Made by a program: the position numbers and the translations under genes. DNA of 25,147 nucleotides from a virus (taxonomy: Duplodnaviria; Heunggongvirae; Uroviricota; Caudoviricetes), in the IMG/VR virus record IMGVR_UViG_2740892230_000012; one strand, 5' to 3'. Below the pieces are notes generated by a model. That model had not been told where the DNA came from. It did no database searches and saw only the letters and a program-made list of their open reading frames with translations. Positions 20,338 through 25,147 of the stretch are shown one piece after another; the stretch's first letter is position 1, and every line of letters begins with the position of its first letter.

Positions 20338-20865
20338 CTAGAGACTCTCTCCTTCCTCATCAGGAATTAATTCAGCAGCACAAGCCTCGTAGGATTTTTC
20401 CTGAAGAGTGTATCGCAGGTCATCAATGGCCTGCTGTACAACGCCGACGGCCTGAGGAGTCAGGGCGCAATCGCGTTCAAGAACATCCGGAATTGTCTCC
20501 AGAACCTGGACGACAGCCTTTCTCATGGACGAATAGACGATGACTACTTCATCAACGGGGATGAGTTTTCGCTGCTCCTTTTCCAGCTTGATCCTTTCAT
20601 TTTCAGACTGGTACCAGTCCTTTCTCTCTTTCGGCTCCATACGGGATGGATCATGAACAGAGTCTGCTGCCTCATGCTTCACACTAAACAGGGCAGGCCC
20701 GACATGCTGCAGGGCGTAAACGGGGTTCCCCCTGACAGTCGCAGCCACAGGAGTGTTGGCCGCGAGGAGCCGTTTTTTTACTGTGTCCCGGTGAAGCCCA
20801 AAGGCCTCGGCGATTTTAAAAACACTCCAGTAATAAGCATCACCGATCCCGCTCACATTTGACAT
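20338..20865 (-). CDS. terminase small subunit (Nu1-like, N-terminal HTH)
   Basis: MSNVSGIGDAYYWSVFKIAEAFGLHRDTVKKRL... has a helix-turn-helix, with an acidic C-terminus; sits directly upstream of TerL with its stop inside the TerL Shine-Dalgarno. Confidence 0.75.
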   Translation of the reverse strand: MSNVSGIGDAYYWSVFKIAEAFGLHRDTVKKRLLAANTPVAATVRGNPVYALQHVGPALFSVKHEAADSVHDPSRMEPKERKDWYQSENERIKLEKEQRKLIPVDEVVIVYSSMRKAVVQVLETIPDVLERDCALTPQAVGVVQQAIDDLRYTLQEKSYEACAAELIPDEEGESL

Positions 20866-20879
20866 AAGCAACTCCATCT

Positions 20880-21100
20880 GGCAGGTAAAAATCAGGTTTA
20901 TTTATATATTTCAATTAATTGCAAACTGGTCTAATGACAGGGAGAAAAAAATATTGTACAGGTGAAAAGAGAAATAACTTTTAATTATCAATAAATTACC
21001 AAACATGCTGCCGCCGCCATGGAAATGCAAAAACTAGCCTTTTTCCGCGACGCTCCCGCCCCGTGGCAGGCCACCCCACCGGGAGGACCCGTCAGCCTGA
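20880..21100. promoter_or_regulatory. putative cos / packaging initiation region
   Basis: Position between Rz and terS corresponds to lambda cos; AT-rich tract at 20880..21000 next to a GC-rich segment; the lambda cosN 12-mer was not found, so the cut site is unassigned. Confidence 0.3.
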
Positions 21101-21458
21101 CAGCCATGACGAACGTCTGATACAGCACCCTGCATGAATGGCATCGGGATAATCCAGAAAGGAATAGCATCGTACCCACAAGAATCTGTGTGAGTGTCCT
21201 GTTTCTTCCACCCCCGCACAGGACTGGCGAGCATGAGGGACAAACCCGCGAATCATTAGCGCGGTAAAAACCCGGTGTGCATCGTTTTTGATTATTCCCG
21301 NNNNNNNNNNTCGCAGAAGGAGTTCCCCGTCGGGCTACGGTCTCTGTTAATACGGGAATACGGCGACGATACAGCGCATGATGTGTCAGGCTTGAATACC
21401 TTTATCCGTTAAAAGGGATATCAGTTAAGTTATCCCGTGTAGGGTATAAGCCATTATC

Positions 21459-21487
21459 AAAGCCACTCTGTAGGGAGTGGCTTTTGT
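21459..21487 (+). terminator. terminator-like hairpin on the plus strand in the Rz-cos intergenic region
   Basis: AAGCCACTC-TGTAGGG-GAGTGGCTT followed by TTTGT; no ORF of 60 aa or more in the vicinity. Confidence 0.35.
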
Positions 21488-21693
21488 AATGGCAATAAAA
21501 AGCCCCGCGAATACGAGGCTAAATCCTGGTATTTGTAATGACTGGCTCTTATCTCAACGCAGCCCCTTACCGCGCGCAAGATGCTCAATATCAAGCATCA
21601 GCAATGAGATGTTTAATCTGGATTCACTCCAGAAGTGATAACCACCATGTCTACAGAGCCAGATGTGAAGGATGATGAGTAAAATTATCGCTA

Positions 21694-22299
21694 TCATCGA
21701 AGGCATTGCGTCCTGATGTATTCCTGAAGCGTTCTCAGTGCTGTTTGGTCGCTGATGATTCCGTCCCGGATACCGAGAACGTTTCGTCCAGCAACTGGAG
21801 AGAGTTCGACGGTGGCATCATTGCCCATGCCGGAGGCGCTGGAGGTTTCGGCTGAGGATGGCACAGGGCATTTTCCTTTGACGAACACCCGACCACCATT
21901 ATCAAGCTTGCGCCGAAGAGCATCATTTTCAGCTTTCGCATCAGCTAACTCCTTCGTGTATTTAGCATCGAGTGCATCAGCAGAACGCTGGCGCTGCTGC
22001 ATGTCAGTAATGGTGGCGGTCGCCTGCTTCAGCTCACTGACTTTTTTATCTCGCTGTTCTTTGTAGGCGATGGCGTTATCACGGTAATGATNNNNNNNNN
22101 NTGCATCGAGCGCAGCAACATCACGCTGACGCATCTGCATGTCAGTAATTGCCGCGTTCGCCAGCTTCAGTTCTCTGACATTTTTGTCGCGCTGGGCTTT
22201 GTAGGTAATGGCGTTATCACGGTAATGATTCAGCCCCAGACTAAGCACACCACAGGCTACCAGCAGGACAATAATCACCACACACAGAACACGGTTCAT
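21694..22299 (-). CDS. Rz: i-spanin Rz (contains N-gap at 22092 with a duplicated allelic segment)
   Basis: [83 protein letters not shown]... matches recalled lambda Rz through the N-terminal half. Confidence 0.85.
   Translation of the reverse strand: MNRVLCVVIIVLLVACGVLSLGLNHYRDNAITYKAQRDKNVRELKLANAAITDMQMRQRDVAALDAXXXXHYRDNAIAYKEQRDKKVSELKQATATITDMQQRQRSADALDAKYTKELADAKAENDALRRKLDNGGRVFVKGKCPVPSSAETSSASGMGNDATVELSPVAGRNVLGIRDGIISDQTALRTLQEYIRTQCLR
21735..21941 (-). CDS. Rz1: o-spanin Rz1, lipoprotein embedded in the +1 frame of Rz
   Basis: [44 protein letters not shown]... has a lipobox (VVGC) and a proline-rich mature region, fully nested in Rz as in lambda. Confidence 0.75.
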   Translation of the reverse strand: MRKLKMMLFGASLIMVVGCSSKENALCHPQPKPPAPPAWAMMPPSNSLQLLDETFSVSGTESSATKQH

Positions 22300-22300
22300 A

Positions 22301-22387
22301 TCACCACCAACGGATTGCCCAGACCAGAACAGCAATGGCCACAATACGAATGGCAAATGCCATTGCCCGAATAAGTTCAGCACTCAT
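22301..22387 (-). CDS. hypothetical 28-aa hydrophobic peptide directly upstream of Rz
   Basis: [28 protein letters not shown]; its stop TGA lies 1 nt before the Rz ATG; below the ORF-track length cutoff, found by manual translation. Confidence 0.25.
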   Translation of the reverse strand: MSAELIRAMAFAIRIVAIAVLVWAIRWW

Positions 22388-22517
22388 CTTTTTAAAGTTC
22401 ACGATTTCAGCGCAATGACCAGTTTTGCCAGCCCATACAGCATCGGAGACACAGCAATACCGACCGCCACCCACTTAATAGCAAAAGCCAGCGCTCTGCT
22501 GATGTCATCAGTCACTG

Positions 22518-22649
22518 TCACCCCAGCAGCCCCGACGAAGACAACATCACCCAGGCGAGGGACAGAAAAAGAGCAACCAGCATTAGTGAAAATGAAATAC
22601 CGACAATCACACACAGGACCTTTGCCGGCGTTATGAGTTTGTCTGACAT
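22518..22649 (-). CDS. hypothetical 43-aa single-pass membrane peptide
   Basis: MSDKLITPAKVLCVIVGISFSLMLVALFLSLAWVMLSSSGLLG; AAGGGG Shine-Dalgarno 5 nt upstream of the ATG. Confidence 0.3.
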   Translation of the reverse strand: MSDKLITPAKVLCVIVGISFSLMLVALFLSLAWVMLSSSGLLG

Positions 22650-22651
22650 AG

Positions 22652-22747
22652 CTACCCCTTAATTGCCACAATTAACTGGGATACTACCCATAAAAAAGGG
22701 ATGCTCCAGACCAGCAAAAATTTCCAGTTTGGTAATTGACTAATCAT
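22652..22747 (-). CDS. hypothetical 31-aa single-pass membrane peptide
   Basis: MISQLPNWKFLLVWSIPFLWVVSQLIVAIKG; GGGAG about 9 nt upstream; its stop overlaps the Shine-Dalgarno of the next peptide. Confidence 0.3.
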   Translation of the reverse strand: MISQLPNWKFLLVWSIPFLWVVSQLIVAIKG

Positions 22748-22810
22748 GAGTCGCAACTCCCTAATCAGTTTGCTAAAATCAATCAAGGCAGCCTCCCATA
22801 GCTTACTGCC

Positions 22811-22858
22811 ATAAAAACAAAACCCCGCTTGCTGCCAACAAACGGGGTTTTTACTTTT
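22811..22858. terminator. bidirectional intrinsic terminator-like hairpin downstream of the endolysin
   Basis: AAAACCCCGCTTGCTGCCAACAAACGGGGTTTTTAC: CCCCG/CGGGG stem flanked by A-run and T-run. Confidence 0.5.
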
Positions 22859-22941
22859 ATTCACTTACGTTTCGCCAGTTCGCAGGATTTCGTGTTATCC
22901 GCCCGCGTGGCCATGCCTTATTTTTCAGCAAAATATTCTGC

Positions 22942-23624
22942 TTATCTGTCGATACCCCAGCACGCCAGCGCGCTCTCCTGGTCACGACGGGATACCTGAC
23001 CGTAGCAGTTGTTTGAACGAATACGGCAGTCTCTGCCACCGTCCTTAATCCACCNNNNNNNNNNCTCACTTACATTTTGCCAGTTCGCAGGATTTCATGT
23101 TATCCGCCCGCGTGGCCATGCCTTATTTTTCNNNNNNNNNNCTTGGCCAACGTCATTTATTAGCAAAATATTCTGCTTATCTGTCGATTCCCCAGCACGC
23201 CAGCGCGCTNNNNNNNNNNTGCTCCCCTGCGATCACCAGCATTAATTCGTCTGTAAAACGTCGACGGGAAACACTTACCGGGACCAATGTTGTACGGACA
23301 GAATGACGCGATCCCCGCTTTCTGGGGTTCGGTCAATGGCACTCTGATGTTTTTCTCCACCCATGCCAGCGCCTTATCACGTTCGATGGCGTTAACCTGG
23401 TCGCATTTCTCCTTCGACAACTTCATGCCCGGGACGACAGGTTTACCATCCACCAGAATGGCACCGCGACAGATGGTCCAGATACCCGCGCCATCACGGT
23501 ATGCCGTGGTGTGGTTACCTTCCTTTTCATCCAGAAACTGGTCGAGAATGTCAGGCGCAGGCGCACCAGCGGCAATCAGCGCCAGAACGGCAGCCGACAG
23601 GCCGTATTTGATTTTGGTGTTCAT
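22942..23624 (-). CDS. SAR endolysin, GH24 T4-lysozyme family (span inflated by three N10 gaps and duplicated C-terminal segments)
   Basis: MNTKIKYGLSAAVLALIAAGAPAP is a Gly/Ala-rich weakly hydrophobic N-terminus typical of signal-arrest-release domains; catalytic spacing E-8aa-D-5aa-T in DEKEGNHTTAYRDGAGIWTICRG; C-terminus ...WIKDGGRDCRIRSNNCYGQVSRRDQESALACWGIDR. Confidence 0.85.
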
Positions 23625-23660
23625 GGATATATTAAATATTCAGCCGCTGTCCCTGGCCCA

Positions 23661-23847
23661 CTAAATACGCACTTTAAGATAAGTCAGCCCCGGATGAAGC
23701 CAGTAAGCCGGCACTTTTTTAAAGGGTGGAGTATTAAAATCACGAAGAAGAGCCTCCCGCACAATTGCATCCTTATCAGCACCACTGGCCAGCGCTTCAA
23801 TCTCAGCAGCTACCTGCAGATATCCCATGCAACGGCCAACGCGCTTC
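23661..23847 (-). CDS. hypothetical protein X, C-terminal fragment (copy 3), directly upstream of the endolysin
   Basis: ...CMGYLQVAAEIEALASGADKDAIVREALLRDFNTPPFKKVPAYWLHPGLTYLKVRI-stop, 36 nt before the endolysin ATG; visible part is soluble and not holin-like; N-terminus lost in the N-gap at 23848. Confidence 0.4.
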
Positions 23848-23857
23848 NNNNNNNNNN

Positions 23858-24232
23858 TCCTCACTGTGCTGGTGCGATGGAGGTGTTACTTTCCCATTTT
23901 CTGAGATGGTTATTTTCCCAGCATCACCGGATACAACAAAGGATGGCCGGTTACACTCCCATTCCTGATCTTTATCAGGTGCAGACGCAATAAAATAACG
24001 TTTATTTCCTTCCTCTCCGGCACTTTTAACCGTAATGGAGTACTCAGACTGCAGACAAGACGCCTCTTTTTCTGACCGCAGTGTTGACGGCGGCATCTTC
24101 AGAGAACCAGTAATTCTTCCCGGTAGCTTTCCTTTGTAGGTTATCAACACATCCTGCGCCTCTAAAATTATGGGGCGCTTTTCCGGCAACGGTTCGTTCC
24201 CTTCACATAACCCGGCAGCAACATCCATGAAA
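23858..24232 (-). CDS. hypothetical Y-family protein fragment (between N-gaps)
   Basis: ...FMDVAAGLCEGNEPLPEKRPIILEAQDVLITYKGKLPGRITGSLKMPPSTLRSEKEASCLQSEYSITVKSAGEEGNKRYFIASAPDKDQEWECNRPSFVVSGDAGKITISENGKVTPPSHQHSE; paralogous to 24243..24463 and 24826..25104. Confidence 0.4.
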
Positions 24233-24242
24233 NNNNNNNNNN

Positions 24243-24463
24243 ATCAGCCCCTGCTTTTTATTGTTCTTCAGGTAATCAATGGCAAATTCAATGAGCGCCT
24301 CACTATGCTGGTGCGATGGCGGTGTTAATTTCCCATTTTCTGAGATGGTTATTTTCCCGCCATCTCCGTATACAACAAAGGATGGCCGGTTACACTCCCA
24401 TTCCAGGTCACTGAAATTATCATTATGAATACTGAAACACTCTGCGAGATTTCTGCTCATCAC
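24243..24463 (-). CDS. hypothetical Y-family protein, N-terminal part (cut by N-gap at 24233)
   Basis: MMSRNLAECFSIHNDNFSDLEWECNRPSFVVYGDGGKITISENGKLTPPSHQHSEALIEFAIDYLKNNKKQGL; GTG or ATG start 38 nt after the upstream gene stop. Confidence 0.4.
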
Positions 24464-24497
24464 TTTCCGGCAATAATCGTAAAACGCAGCAAACTGC

Positions 24498-24748
24498 TCA
24501 TCGCGGCGTTTTTTTTTCAGGCTGCTGAAGATGCTCTTTCAACCAGGAAGCGCAGCTTAGATTCGCCGCGCGATCAAGAATAGCTTCTTTCATTTCGTCT
24601 GCTGCAAGCACCTCATTTTTTGTTGGGGTACTTTTTTTCAATTCAGCGATATAGCACTCCAGTTTTTCAATGCGTGATTCAACATCATCTTTTTCTGACC
24701 GCAGCGTTGACGGAGGCATCTTCAGAGAACCAGTAATTCTTCCCGGTA
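24498..24748 (-). CDS. hypothetical Y-family protein, C-terminal part
   Basis: ...GSLKMPPSTLRSEKDDVESRIEKLECYIAELKKSTPTKNEVLAADEMKEAILDRAANLSCASWLKEHLQQPEKKTPR-stop; contains an A9 homopolymer on the coding strand. Confidence 0.4.
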
Positions 24749-24825
24749 NNNNNNNNNNCTGATTTTTGCGTTCATGGATATTTATCAGGGTTTATCGATT
24801 TCAAATCCCTGGATATGTTAAGTCT

Positions 24826-25104
24826 TCAGGCCAGCGGTGGAGTCTTCAGAGAACCAGTAATTATTCCCGGTAGTTTTCCTCTGTAGGTTATCAACACATC
24901 CTGCGCCTCTAAAATTACGGGGCGCTTTTCCGGCAACGGACCATCCCCTTCACATAACCCGGCAGCAACATCCATGAAAAACTGCTTCGCCTGCTTTTTC
25001 GCCTCAGCTTCGTAAAACTCCAGCGTGGCACCTTCAGTACGGTCAAGACTAATCGCCACATCTGGCAACAACAGTGACGGATACCCACCAATTTCCAGTG
25101 CCAC
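24826..25104 (-). CDS. hypothetical Y-family protein (paralog ending ...GSLKTPPLA)
   Basis: MALEIGGYPSLLLPDVAISLDRTEGATLEFYEAEAKKQAKQFFMDVAAGLCEGDGPLPEKRPVILEAQDVLITYRGKLPGIITGSLKTPPLA; likely GTG start with no clear Shine-Dalgarno; followed about 50 nt downstream by a second endolysin start variant (ATGAACGCAAAAATC at 24775). Confidence 0.35.
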   Translation of the reverse strand: MALEIGGYPSLLLPDVAISLDRTEGATLEFYEAEAKKQAKQFFMDVAAGLCEGDGPLPEKRPVILEAQDVLITYRGKLPGIITGSLKTPPLA

Positions 25105-25147
25105 AGTAACAGTAATCTTATCCGGGTAATTATTTATCCCTTTAACA

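Noticed and set aside
20880-21100. Lambda cosN 12-nt cohesive end (GGGCGGCGACCT)
   Set aside because: Not found on either strand by eye; only a loosely similar GC-rich run (TGCCGCCGCC) is present, so no cosN call is made.
20988-21243. Two overlapping minus-strand ORFs of 63 and 69 aa in the putative cos region
   Set aside because: They overlap each other, have odd composition and no start signals, and sit where a non-coding packaging site is expected.
22399-22671. 90-aa minus-strand ORF overlapping the small TM peptides
   Set aside because: Its N-terminal two thirds overlaps the 43-aa peptide out of frame, is non-hydrophobic and has no ribosome-binding site; only its hydrophobic C-terminal tail may be real, and that is covered in the small-ORF finding.
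618-24758. Regularly spaced repeats separated by fixed-length spacers, superficially CRISPR-like
   Set aside because: The spacers are literal N10 runs and the repeats are long, variable coding segments of phage genes; this is an assembly artefact, not a CRISPR array.

Overview
The window is the late (lysis, packaging, head, tail) region of a lambdoid prophage, encoded almost entirely on the minus strand. Reading from high to low coordinates: a mosaic cargo region, a SAR-type GH24 endolysin, Rz/Rz1 spanins, a putative cos region, small and large terminase, W-like connector, portal, a prohead protease fused to the major capsid protein, a DUF2190-like protein, FII-like, then lambda-type tail genes Z, U, V, G/T, H, M, L, K, I and the N-terminus of J. 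The tail module is lambda-like (L, M, K, I, J nearly identical to my recollection of lambda), while the head and packaging module is not. The sequence is not a clean haplotype: 36 runs of exactly 10 N separate near-identical variant copies of the same coding segments, so it looks like several related prophage alleles serialised into one scaffold, and most ORF lengths and coordinates are inflated or chimeric. The most interesting unexplained content is a cluster of short transmembrane ORFs between the endolysin and Rz, the lack of any recognisable holin next to the SAR endolysin, and a hypervariable unrecognised gene family upstream of the endolysin and at the window start. All calls rest on reading the sequence and recalled protein families; no database search was run.
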